64,000 nt of DNA from Armatimonadota bacterium (GTDB lineage Bacteria; Armatimonadota; SYMT01). The stretch covers positions 32,001 through 96,000 of the forward strand of contig JAWLHY010000010.1 in NCBI GenBank assembly GCA_041690135.1, read 5' to 3'. The translations under genes were made by a program, and so were the position numbers. The notes beneath the pieces were generated by a model, which did no database searches, was not told where the DNA came from, and saw nothing but the letters and a program-made list of their open reading frames with translations. The stretch's first letter is position 1. Each line of letters begins with the position of its first letter. This document shows positions 17,926-26,908 of the stretch, one piece after another.

Positions 17926-19193
17926 TGTCCCTGTCTCCCTTCCGTGTTCCTTTTCTCGTTTTGCTCTTCTCTTTCCGTTGCGTCTCCCAACTCCTCCGGG
18001 GGCGACATCTTCGCGGCCGGCCCCTCTATGGCAAGGTCGGGGTTGGACACTTCGGCGGCCGGCAGGTAGAAGTGCATGATGTCCCCGCTGCCGTTTGCCA
18101 TGTCCGTGCCGCCCCACATGATCCCCACTTCGCCCAGGGCACGAACCAGCTCCTGGGACAGGTTCATAAAGCCAAACTCCGGAGCCCGGTACTGCGCGTC
18201 GCCCACGAAGGGCCGTTCCGCTTCGCCCAGAGGTTGCGGGTCGGGATAGGTGAACCCGGCAACCGGCGGCCCGGCGCGCCCCGCCAGCGTTACGTAGTCC
18301 TGCAGCATCTGGCGTTGGAGCGCATCCGCCGTGATCTCCTCCCCTCCGGGTAGGATCTCATTCCAGAAGGCAGGCGGCGCCGGGTCCGTAATGGCTTGCA
18401 GGTGGCGATCGATCTCCGGGCGATCCTGCATCAGGCGGAAGTAGGCAATCATCGCGCGGCTCTCCTCTTCCAACTGTTGGAAGAGGCGCATCCGCCGCTC
18501 CTGGCTCGGCGGCCAGGTGGTGATTTCTTCGGGAATTACCGAATCGCGGCCCAGCATCAGGCGAGCGATGCGATGATAGACCTCGCCCAACTGGCGGTTG
18601 AGTTCGTCCTCCCCCTGCTCGTGCATGATGTAGGGGTTGCGGAAGTAGTTGATGTCGATCGCCAGACCACGCGAGTGCGCACGGCTGCCGGGCCGATAGC
18701 CGGAGATGGTCCGTACCCCCCAACGTCCCTGGTCGCTGGCTCCCGATGACTCCACCTGTGCGAGAAGTCGTTCTGCTTCCAGGAGCCGATCCCGCATCTC
18801 CGGGTGCAAGCCGTAGACGGTGGTGCCAAAGACTTCTACATCCACGAGCGCCTCCGGGATATCGGTACGCCTCGGCGCCGCGGGCAATTCGCCGGGCGGC
18901 GGGGGCGTCGGTAACGGAGGCGGTGCGATCTGGCCGGCCCCCGCCGTTCCGTTGGGTCCCTCGCCGGTGGAATCCGTGGGGTCTTCGGGGCACGTTTCAT
19001 GCATCTCGGAATTCGTCGCGTAGGCCTCTCCCTGCGGCGTCGCGCGGACGACCTCCTCCGGCAGAGGCAGCGCCTCACATCCCCCCACCAGTACCGCCGC
19101 GCTGACGGTGAGCACGGTCCATACGCCAGTCGCCGTCCGGCGCACCGAGCCGGGAAGGTGGTGTCTCCCGACATTTGGTGTTCCTTGTCTCAT
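17922..19193 (-). CDS. M15-family Zn peptidase, probable lipoprotein; start uncertain
   Basis: Lipobox-like LVGGC; ISGYRP..RAHSRGLAIDIN; WGG....GDIMHF; stop overlaps the L,D-transpeptidase start. Confidence 0.72.
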   Translation of the reverse strand: MRQGTPNVGRHHLPGSVRRTATGVWTVLTVSAAVLVGGCEALPLPEEVVRATPQGEAYATNSEMHETCPEDPTDSTGEGPNGTAGAGQIAPPPLPTPPPPGELPAAPRRTDIPEALVDVEVFGTTVYGLHPEMRDRLLEAERLLAQVESSGASDQGRWGVRTISGYRPGSRAHSRGLAIDINYFRNPYIMHEQGEDELNRQLGEVYHRIARLMLGRDSVIPEEITTWPPSQERRMRLFQQLEEESRAMIAYFRLMQDRPEIDRHLQAITDPAPPAFWNEILPGGEEITADALQRQMLQDYVTLAGRAGPPVAGFTYPDPQPLGEAERPFVGDAQYRAPEFGFMNLSQELVRALGEVGIMWGGTDMANGSGDIMHFYLPAAEVSNPDLAIEGPAAKMSPPEELGDATEREEQNEKRNTEGRQGQ

Positions 19194-19364
19194 TCCTGTC
19201 CTCCGGTACGCCCGTTTTACCTGAATCGGAGAAGGCCCAACCTTTCCACGACGACAAAGCAGGAGACACAACTGCAGCCCGAGCGGAGACCGATTGAGGG
19301 ACGAACGACTTGGGTAAGCCCCAGTTAAGGCGGAAACTGTAGCCCGCCGGAAAGGAACGAAAAG

Positions 19365-19520
19365 ATGTGGGGAGTGCTTTGGACGATTATCGCGGTGCTG
19401 GTGGTCCTCTGGATCGTTGGGTTGGTCCTGGACCTGTTTAGCCCCATCCTGCACCTGCTGCTGGTTGTAGCCGCGGTGCTGTTTGTAATCAACATGTTCA
19501 TGGGGCGGACGCGGGTCTAG
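19365..19520 (+). CDS. Small membrane protein, lmo0937/DUF5670-like (51 aa, below the ORF-track cutoff)
   Basis: SD gaaagga; MWGVLWTIIAVLVVLWIVGLVLDLFSPILHLLLVVAAVLFVINMFMGRTRV. Confidence 0.85.
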   Translation: MWGVLWTIIAVLVVLWIVGLVLDLFSPILHLLLVVAAVLFVINMFMGRTRV

Positions 19521-19535
19521 CTTTCAGACCGCATG

Positions 19536-20127
19536 GGGTGCGGTTTGGCGGGATCTGGGTTGGCAGGTTGAAGCCCCCCTCGGGGGCCAAGGGGTGAAAG
19601 TTGCTCCGGATCCGGCGCTTGGTACGGTTCGATAAGACCGGGATCCGAGTCGGAAACTTGAGATCCGTCAATCCCCAGCAGGCCTCTCCGGGCTTGGCGT
19701 AATCAGGGCCGGCAGTTCCGTCGGGCTGAAGCGTTTCGCCGTGAGACCTTCAATCCTGACCCCGTAACAGCCGAACCGAATAAGCCGCTGCCGCTGGGCT
19801 CCCAACCTGCCACCTGCCAACCCTCAGCCCTGATTAAATCCCGCGAAGCCGCACCCCATTCTGGCCGCAGGGGTCCCCAACCCCTGGCCCCCAAGGGGGC
19901 ATCAACTTTCAACCTTCAACGCTTGGCCCCCGAGGAGGGCTTCAACCTTCAACCTTCAACCCTTGGCCCCCGAGGGGGGCTTCAACCTTCGACCTTCGAC
20001 CTTCAACTCACAACTCAGATCTCATCGCAGCAAAACCGTACCAGCCTCAGCGACCCGAATTCCTAACCTTCAACTTTCCAACCTTCCAACCTTCAACCTG
20101 CAACCCAGATCCCGCCAAACCGCACCC
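19536..20127. repeat. Composite repeat element with 37-38 bp terminal inverted repeats, (TTCAACC)n tracts and GGCCCCCGAGGGGGGC units (MITE/BIME-like)
   Basis: 19536-19573 gggtgcggtttggcgggatctgggttggcaggttgaag is the reverse complement of 20091-20127 apart from one indel. Confidence 0.8.
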
Positions 20128-20131
20128 ACTC

Positions 20132-20160
20132 TTGACTCCATGCATAGACGCTCGTAAACT
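20132..20160 (+). promoter_or_regulatory. Sigma70-type promoter candidate for pyrG
   Basis: TTGACT-N17-TAAACT, 58 bp upstream of the start codon. Confidence 0.65.
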
Positions 20161-20218
20161 GGCGGGTTGGAATGGCCCACTCCGGGCCTTTTAAGCAACT
20201 GGACCTGGTGAAAAGCAC

Positions 20219-21859
20219 GTGACTGACAATACCCGCTTCATTTTCGTCTCCGGAGGGGTCGTGTCCGGGCTCGGGAAGGGCATTACCGCCGCTTCTCTCG
20301 GACTGCTTCTCAAGGCGCGTGGATTCAGCGTCTCGCCGATCAAGTGCGACATGTACGTCAACCTGGACGCGGGGACGATGAACCCCACCATCCACGGCGA
20401 GGTCTTCGTGACCGACGATGGCCTGGAAGCGGACCAGGACCTGGGCCACTACGAGCGCTACCTCAACCAGGACACGAGTCGTGCCAACTACGTGACCACC
20501 GGCCAGATCTACTACTCCATCATCCAGAAGGAGCGAGAGCTGGCTTACGAGGGCAAGTGCGTCGAGGTGGTGCCCCACGTTCCGGAAGAGATCATCTCCC
20601 GTATCACGCAGGCGGCCAACGGCGCGGAGTTCGTGATCGCGGAGTTCGGCGGCACGGTCGGCGAGTACCAGAGCGAAGTCTTCCTGGAAGCCACTCGTAT
20701 CATGGCGAAGCGGCTCCCGGGCCGGACCGCCCACATCCACGTCTCTTACTTCCCCTACCTCGATAGCCTGGGCGAGTTGAAATCCAAGCCGACCCAGCTC
20801 TCCATCCGCAAGTTGAACGAGTGCGGTATCCTCCCCGATTTCGTGGTCGCGCGCTCGGCACGGGCCGTGGATACTCCCCGGTTTACGACCCTTTGCCAGA
20901 ACTCGAACCTGGAGCCGGACCAGATCATCTTCAGCCCGGACATGCAGTCGGTCTACCAGGTGCCGATGAAACTGGAGGAGCAGGAGTTCGCCCAGAAGCT
21001 GCTTCGCCGGCTGGGCGTGAACGTGATCCCCCGTCCGCGCATCCAGGAGTGGGAAGACCGCGTCGCCAGGTTCCTGGCGCCCAACAAGCAGGTGCTCAAG
21101 GTCGGCATCGTGGCTAAATACCACGCGGTCGGCGACTACTCTCTCTCCGATGCCTATGTCAGCGTGGTGGAAGCGCTCCATCACGTGGAAGCGATCGCCG
21201 ACGTGAAAGTCGAGATCGACTGGGTGGACGCCGAGGACCTGCGCACGGTGAAGGATGCCGCCGCCCGCCTGGCGAGTTGCGATGGGGTCATCATCCCGCA
21301 GGGCTGGGGCTCGCGCGGCGCCGAGGGCAAGATCGCGGCCATCCAGTACCTGCGCGAGAACAACGTGCCTTACTTCGGTCTCTGCTACGGCATGCAGATG
21401 GCGGTGATCGAGTTCGGGCGCAACGTGCTGGGTCTGAAGAATGCCAGCAGCGAGGAAGTGAACCCCTCCACCCCGCACCCGGTGGTGCACGTGATGCCGG
21501 AGCAGGCGGAGATCATCCGCCAGAAGCGATACGGCGGCAGCATCCGGGTGGGCGCCTACCCCTGCCGGACCTCCGAGGGCTCCCGGCTCCGCGAGCTTTA
21601 CGGCTCCGAGGTGATCAGCGAGCGGCACCGGCACCGGTACGAGTTCAACAACGAGTACCGCGCGCAATTCGAAGCGGCGGGGCTGGTCTTCTCCGGGCAG
21701 TCGCCGGACGGGAAGTTGGTCGAGGCCGTGGAATTAACGGATCACCCGTTCTTCGTAGGCGTCCAGTACCACCCCGAGTACAAGAGCCGCTTCGAAGATG
21801 CGCATCCGCTCTTTGTCGGCTTCATCGAGGCCTGCCGCAACCGCGCCGACAACCGCTAA
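20219..21859 (+). CDS. pyrG: CTP synthase
   Basis: GGVVSGLGKG; HGEVFVTDDG..DLGHYERY; GLCYGMQ; ERHRHRYE; QYHPE. Confidence 0.97.
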   Translation: MTDNTRFIFVSGGVVSGLGKGITAASLGLLLKARGFSVSPIKCDMYVNLDAGTMNPTIHGEVFVTDDGLEADQDLGHYERYLNQDTSRANYVTTGQIYYSIIQKERELAYEGKCVEVVPHVPEEIISRITQAANGAEFVIAEFGGTVGEYQSEVFLEATRIMAKRLPGRTAHIHVSYFPYLDSLGELKSKPTQLSIRKLNECGILPDFVVARSARAVDTPRFTTLCQNSNLEPDQIIFSPDMQSVYQVPMKLEEQEFAQKLLRRLGVNVIPRPRIQEWEDRVARFLAPNKQVLKVGIVAKYHAVGDYSLSDAYVSVVEALHHVEAIADVKVEIDWVDAEDLRTVKDAAARLASCDGVIIPQGWGSRGAEGKIAAIQYLRENNVPYFGLCYGMQMAVIEFGRNVLGLKNASSEEVNPSTPHPVVHVMPEQAEIIRQKRYGGSIRVGAYPCRTSEGSRLRELYGSEVISERHRHRYEFNNEYRAQFEAAGLVFSGQSPDGKLVEAVELTDHPFFVGVQYHPEYKSRFEDAHPLFVGFIEACRNRADNR

Positions 21860-21865
21860 CCAACT

Positions 21866-21915
21866 GGTTGAAGGTTCCAGCCCCCCCTCGGGGGCCGGGA
21901 GTTGAAAGTGGAAAG
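21866..21915 (-). repeat. Heptamer/CCCCCTCGGGGG element, inverted relative to the copies upstream of pyrG
   Basis: ggttgaaggttccagccccccctcgggggccgggagttgaaagtggaaag. Confidence 0.7.
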
Positions 21916-21947
21916 TTCAGGGGTCTCGCATGCGAGACCCCTGAACT
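21914..21947. terminator. Perfect 34 bp palindrome downstream of pyrG (terminator or stabilising hairpin; no U-tract)
   Basis: agttcaggggtctcgca|tgcgagacccctgaact. Confidence 0.55.
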
Positions 21948-21984
21948 CATGGCGGACGGGTCAGGATCTGAGTTCGCACCGGGG

Positions 21985-22325
21985 GATGTAGGGCGGGATC
22001 TCGGTCCCCGCCTGGCTATGGATTTGCACCCGTGGTGGAAGTTGGTGGTAAATTCGGATTGATCGGCTGCAGCGCATGCGTCCGTAGGGATTGGACTGCA
22101 GCCGAAACACTTTGTGCGCAGTTGCACTGCGCCGCTCCTGACCTGGGGTTTGGCATTGGCGATCCGGGTGATCCGGGACGACTGCTGCACCATGGGCCCC
22201 CGCAGTGCAACCCCACACCCCTGCGGGGTACCCGGTCGTATGGCTGCAGGACGAACCACCCACTTCGTAGGTACCCGACGCGGGCTGTGCAACTGCCCGC
22301 GATCGAATTTCCAACCACATCGTTC
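21985..22325. other. Highly structured intergenic hairpin mosaic (REP/REPIN-like or ncRNA)
   Basis: GTAG-type hairpin gtagggcggg...cccgcc; tcggctgcag...ctgcagccga; gttgcactgcg...cgcagtgcaac; inverted pair of GGTACCC motifs. Confidence 0.5.
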
Positions 22326-22400
22326 GGGCGGCTGCGCCAACCCCTGCCAGCCCCTGGGCTCGCACTCGCCCCCGGACCTTACCCCGACACAACGCCCGAG

Positions 22401-23585
22401 TTAACGCCGTAGACTCTCCCACCAGATGATGTTCTTGCTGTTCTCGCCGGCTTGAATCAGGTCGAGATCGGTATCTCCGTCTAGATCCACGGCCCGGATG
22501 TCATTTCCGGATTGGGTCGCGTCGAGTTCGCGCCGGGTGAACTTTCCTTTGCCATCGTTCTCGAACCAGGCGGTCCGGCCATTCGTCCGTCCAGCACTGA
22601 TGACGTCGAAGTCGCCGTCTTTATCCAGGTCCGCCACCTCGATCGTGTGGGGACCTTCCAGCCAGCCCTCGTCGATAACCCGTTCTTCTTGCCAGCGGGG
22701 CCCGGCCAGCCACCCGATGCCGGAGGCGTGCCCCCGCGAATAGAGCAGGTCCCACTGGCTGTCGTTGTCGGCCTGGAACGGGATGCAATGCGTCGCGCCG
22801 GGAATCTCCTCGCGGATCACGTGTTTGGTCCAGATCAGGGTCGCGTCCGCCGGGCGCTCCCACCACGCCAGGTAGCCGCCTTTGGCAGCCGCGGTCACGA
22901 TGTCACGGTCGCCGTCCTTGTCCAGGTCCACGAACGAGAGGTAGTGGATCTCACCCCCGGCGCCGGAGCGCGCCAGGTACTTCCGCTCCCACATCGGGCG
23001 CCCCGCCGCCTCGCCGCGGTAGCTTGCCGGCAGTGCGCCCTGCGGGTTCCGGGGAATGGAGTACCACACGATCGCTCCCTCGTGAGCGGCGATCAACTCC
23101 GGCCGGCCGTCCCGGTTCAAGTCTTCCAGCGCCTCGAAGTGCACGCCCGGCAGGTTATCGATGAGGTGCCATTTCCACGGCTGCGTCGGGTCGGACGGGC
23201 ACTCGTACCACGCCAGGTTGCCGTTCGCGAGAGTGTGCGAGAGGAGATCCAGGTCCCCATCCCCATCCATGTCGTGCGTCGTCAGCCACGCCGACCAGAC
23301 CGAGCCGGTTTCGTCTGTGCGCTGCTGGATCACGTGCTTGCGCCAAAAACTCGGACGGGTACCCCGATCGAACCAGGCGACTTCCTCGTTGGAGGCGGCA
23401 GCGACATCCAGCTTGCCGTCCTTATTGAAGTCCGCCGCCACCACGCTGCCCGTCGCCGGACCGAATGCAATGATATGCTTCCGGAACCGCAGCCCGGAAC
23501 CCTGGGCCTTCACACCCTCTCCCGTAACCAGGCCACCCGCGACCACCGCGGCCAAACCCGCAACGCACCAACTTCGCTTTTTCAC
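22401..23585 (-). CDS. Secreted FG-GAP/VCBS repeat protein
   Basis: Signal peptide; repeated DxDxDGDxD motifs (DFNKDGKLD, DMDGDGDLD, DLDKDGDRD). Confidence 0.88.
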   Translation of the reverse strand: MKKRSWCVAGLAAVVAGGLVTGEGVKAQGSGLRFRKHIIAFGPATGSVVAADFNKDGKLDVAAASNEEVAWFDRGTRPSFWRKHVIQQRTDETGSVWSAWLTTHDMDGDGDLDLLSHTLANGNLAWYECPSDPTQPWKWHLIDNLPGVHFEALEDLNRDGRPELIAAHEGAIVWYSIPRNPQGALPASYRGEAAGRPMWERKYLARSGAGGEIHYLSFVDLDKDGDRDIVTAAAKGGYLAWWERPADATLIWTKHVIREEIPGATHCIPFQADNDSQWDLLYSRGHASGIGWLAGPRWQEERVIDEGWLEGPHTIEVADLDKDGDFDVISAGRTNGRTAWFENDGKGKFTRRELDATQSGNDIRAVDLDGDTDLDLIQAGENSKNIIWWESLRR

Positions 23586-24081
23586 CCTACCGGCTCCTTC
23601 TCTGCTTCCGACGCTTCCGCCTCATCTTCCACATGTACAGGTCGGCATCCCTCCCTCCGTGCCGTGGATCAGAAGCACTCCGCCGGGTGCAACGGTCGCA
23701 AATTGGCCCTCTCCCTCCGGTTGGTAGGAGTAGAACCAGGGCCGAGATCCGTAATGGATGAAAGGTAGAATGACGGTATCATGCCCGGAGTCCCGCTGCG
23801 AGGCGGGCCTTCGCGACCAGGAGAAAGGTGCTCGTGCTAATCGCTGGCAATTCTGCTTTGGATTGAGTGGCCGCCAAGGCGCCCGCAGCGCGAGGATGGA
23901 TGATGGATCCCGTGATGAAGATGGCGCATAGGATCTTGCGCTCGCATCGTAGAATCTCCGTTTCGGATAACCTACACCTCTCGCACCAGGAGACGGAGGC
24001 ACAGTCAGCCAGTAAGCGGAGGCGACGCGGGCATGGACGCCGGTCGCCTAGGGGTGCAGCGTCTCTACGAGCGAACGGATC

Positions 24082-25233
24082 ATGCGAAGCCGCCACGAAG
24101 GGCAGCGGTCCCTACAAGAAGCCAGGACGAAGGCGTCCGAACCTCCACCATTAACTCCACTGGATTGCGGCCGTACCCTCGATGACGCCCGCGCTGCGGA
24201 CTGCCGCTGGCGCCGCGACCACCTTGCCCGAATCCGCCGCCGCATCGCCTCCCTCTGCCGCGCGGAGCTCCACGCCGAACGCTGGGGCGTCGCCCTGTCT
24301 GTACTATTCCTCCTCGCGGCCATATCCACCATCCGCCCGCAGTCAGAGGCAGCCGAGATCCTCTCCAATTTCTACCGTTTGGTCTATCCTTCCATGGGCT
24401 TCGCTGCTGCGGGGCTCGGCCTCGTGGCTCTTGCACAATGGCTCCAGAAGCGCTTCCGCCACGAGACCCGCCGCCAGGGATTCAATATCGAAGACGGCTC
24501 CCATTCCGACGAGCCTCAACAGCGTGAGGCGCTTCCACGAGCCGCCGGGACCGTCGCCACGCTCCGCCGGATCCGGCTCGCAGTCGGAAGTGCGCTAGTA
24601 GGGCAGGTTCGCGCCCTATTGGTCATTGCAACGGCGATGGTTTTCTTCGCCCGAGACCCCGATCCTTTTGCTCCTACCTTTTTCTGGCTGCTGGCCGGCA
24701 CGGCCGGCACAGCCGTGCTCCAGGTCCTCACCGGCAGTGCGGCTTCCTGGTTGAACCGTGGAGACCGGTATGAGTCGGCGGATCCGGTAACAGTCCCGCT
24801 CTTCCGCTTCCAGCGAGCCGGAAGCCCCTGGACCTGCCCCGGCTGCGGCCAGAAGAATGCTTCTGCCCTGGCGCGTTGTCAGGGATGTACCGTCAGGTGT
24901 CCGGTCCGGAGCGTTCTTCTGCCGGGGTCTTTGGAGATCACCTTCCCGCACCGGCGTTGGAAGCGACGTTACGAAGGGATCAACCTGCTCCGCCCCCGAC
25001 GCCGAGCGGGCACTTTCACTGGCAGGTGGCGGTTGTTGATTTTGGCGGTGATGCTCGCCCTGACCGTAATCGTGGAGTGGCTGCCGAACTACCTTCCCGG
25101 TGTAGAGCTGGAAGGCTTCTACAAACTGGGACTACTGGCCTGGCTGGGATGCCTGGCGTGGAGCGTTCGTATCTGGAACGGGTCGCCGGAACCCGATCCA
25201 CTCGACTCTCTCCCTGCGGGGAAGCAGAAATGA
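24082..25233 (+). CDS. Multi-pass membrane protein with RanBP2-like zinc ribbon; start uncertain
   Basis: About six hydrophobic segments; WTCPGCGQKNASALARCQGC; ATGA overlap with next gene. Confidence 0.6.
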   Translation: MRSRHEGQRSLQEARTKASEPPPLTPLDCGRTLDDARAADCRWRRDHLARIRRRIASLCRAELHAERWGVALSVLFLLAAISTIRPQSEAAEILSNFYRLVYPSMGFAAAGLGLVALAQWLQKRFRHETRRQGFNIEDGSHSDEPQQREALPRAAGTVATLRRIRLAVGSALVGQVRALLVIATAMVFFARDPDPFAPTFFWLLAGTAGTAVLQVLTGSAASWLNRGDRYESADPVTVPLFRFQRAGSPWTCPGCGQKNASALARCQGCTVRCPVRSVLLPGSLEITFPHRRWKRRYEGINLLRPRRRAGTFTGRWRLLILAVMLALTVIVEWLPNYLPGVELEGFYKLGLLAWLGCLAWSVRIWNGSPEPDPLDSLPAGKQK

Positions 25234-25943
25234 ACGCAAAAATGAACGATGGCCCGACCCCCACCTCCCGGCTCCCGAAGATTTCCGGCGCGCTGGCTAT
25301 CCTGTTCACCCTGGCGGCGCTCCTCCTCACCCTGCTCGGGGACCCACACCCGGACACGGCCGGGCAGATCGCGGCCCGGAACCAGCAGCTGAACCTGGGC
25401 CTCGTCGCGTGGGTGGCGGCGGGTGCACTCTGGGGCCTCGCCATCATCTCCTCCGCGCTCTCCCAGCCGCGCAGTCGCGACCGCCAGCAACTTCCGCCAC
25501 TCCTTCAGGCCCTCATTGGGATCCTCCCCCTGCTGCTGCTGGCGTGGCTGATCGGGTCGAGTATCCTGGCGCCCTCGCACGAGGACGATATCTGGGCCGC
25601 CATGACCCGCGGCGACAGCGCCGCGGTGCAGCGTCTGGTCCGCGACCACTCGGGGATGTCCGGCAGTCTCGAGGAGCAGGTGGTTCTCTGGAGCCTGGAG
25701 AGAGGCGATACGGAGCTACTCCGCCTCTTGCTGGACCGCGGCCTCGATCCGAACCGCGAGGTGCAATACGCACCCCTGTTGGTCCACGCCATCCGCCGCG
25801 GGGACCCGGCCCTGGTGCGCCTGCTGCTCTCCTACGGCGCCTCCCCCACTCAGCCGGACCGGGACCTGACCACGCCCCTGGAACATGCCGCCCAACTGCA
25901 GAACCCGGAGATCCTCCGGCTCCTCAAAGAACATGCCCGATGA
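25230..25943 (+). CDS. Membrane protein with C-terminal ankyrin repeats
   Basis: Starts MNAKMND; three TM segments; GDTELLRLLLDRGLDPN, GDPALVRLLLSYGASP, TPLEHAA. Confidence 0.8.
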   Translation: MNAKMNDGPTPTSRLPKISGALAILFTLAALLLTLLGDPHPDTAGQIAARNQQLNLGLVAWVAAGALWGLAIISSALSQPRSRDRQQLPPLLQALIGILPLLLLAWLIGSSILAPSHEDDIWAAMTRGDSAAVQRLVRDHSGMSGSLEEQVVLWSLERGDTELLRLLLDRGLDPNREVQYAPLLVHAIRRGDPALVRLLLSYGASPTQPDRDLTTPLEHAAQLQNPEILRLLKEHAR

Positions 25944-26389
25944 AACCCTTGCGCAGTTGGCTACTCGTGGTGCTGGCCGCAATCATTGGCCTTGGCGCTG
26001 GCATCGCGGGTGTCGTGCTCCTCAACTGCCTCGGAGCCGAGTTGTACCTCCACCGCCACTATTCAGATGAATACTCACCCAACCCCGACCACGTGCCACT
26101 GGGCCTGGTGTTCGGCAGCACCACGGCTGTGGTGCTGTTGGGGTGGGTCGTCGCTCCGGGTCCTGCGCTCACGAAAGGAATAGGGTGGCTTTTCCCCCTG
26201 AACGGCCAGTGGTTGAAGGGACTCCTGGCGCCGTTGCTCTGGATGGTTACGCTGGCGGCCCTGTTCATTCTCGACGAGGCAAGGGCACTGGGAACACCGG
26301 TTGGGCTGACGCTACTAACCGGAATCTGGGTCTGCCTGGTCCGGGGCGGCATTCGCCACTGGTCGGAGGTGAGCCGCCGTGATACCTGA
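25940..26389 (+). CDS. Hypothetical 4-TM membrane protein
   Basis: Starts MKPLRSW with ATGA overlap; four hydrophobic segments; FPLNGQWLKGLLAPLL. Confidence 0.65.
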   Translation: MKPLRSWLLVVLAAIIGLGAGIAGVVLLNCLGAELYLHRHYSDEYSPNPDHVPLGLVFGSTTAVVLLGWVVAPGPALTKGIGWLFPLNGQWLKGLLAPLLWMVTLAALFILDEARALGTPVGLTLLTGIWVCLVRGGIRHWSEVSRRDT

Positions 26390-26879
26390 ACCGCAAGATC
26401 AGCCACCGGCCCCCGAGCGCCGTGCCCTCCGCACCGCCGGCCTTTTCCTGTTGGGTATGCTCGCGGGACCTACCGTGCTGGGGTTGTGGAGCCTGCTTCC
26501 CATCGGCGGATATTCCGGGTCCGACCTGGCATCCTGGTGGGAGTGGGGCGGCATCCTGCTGGCGCCCCTGGGACTGCTCTACGGTCCCCTGTTCACCACC
26601 CTCATCGACCGCTGGGTACGGACTGCGCCGGAAAGTGCCGCCACCTTGCCCCGGAACGCCGCGCCTTTCCTACCCTTCCGTGGCCGCTGGGCGCGGTACT
26701 TTCTGGCCCCGGTGCTCTTCACCGCTGCGCATGGAGTGCTTTTCGGGCTGCTTCACGTCGGCGCGGTAGTCGGCGGAGGGACCTCACTTCTGGCAGCATC
26801 ACTCGTGTTGTGGTTCTTCCTGCTGGTGTTCACCGCGATCTATTGCAGCAGGTGCGCCTCATCCAATCGGAACGGGTAA
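26379..26879 (+). CDS. Hypothetical 4-TM membrane protein
   Basis: SD ggaggtg; overlaps previous gene; FLPFRGRWARYFLAPVL. Confidence 0.7.
   Translation: MIPEPQDQPPAPERRALRTAGLFLLGMLAGPTVLGLWSLLPIGGYSGSDLASWWEWGGILLAPLGLLYGPLFTTLIDRWVRTAPESAATLPRNAAPFLPFRGRWARYFLAPVLFTAAHGVLFGLLHVGAVVGGGTSLLAASLVLWFFLLVFTAIYCSRCASSNRNG
26657..26850 (+). repeat. Direct repeat, copy 1 (partner 29836-30029)
   Basis: 194 bp ungapped alignment, 25 mismatches by hand count (~87% identity). Confidence 0.9.
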
Positions 26880-26908
26880 GCAACCGGTGCTTTTGCCGGT
26901 CAGCTCCC

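Noticed and set aside
17926-18117. Long N-terminal extensions in the ORF track (LDT from 18117, DUF1080 from 31473, LuxR from 29344, ankyrin from 24876)
   Set aside because: Downstream starts fit signal peptides, SD sequences or ATGA coupling better; the extensions overlap other genes or repeats
19875-20010. Palindromic ~23 bp units at ~40 bp spacing resembling a CRISPR array (also 35596-35730)
   Set aside because: The intervening sequences are TTCAACC repeats rather than unique spacers, the units are degenerate, and no cas genes are present
23600-24080. Short ORFs in the gap between the FG-GAP gene and the membrane array
   Set aside because: No recognisable motifs or consistent start signals; treated as a divergent promoter region
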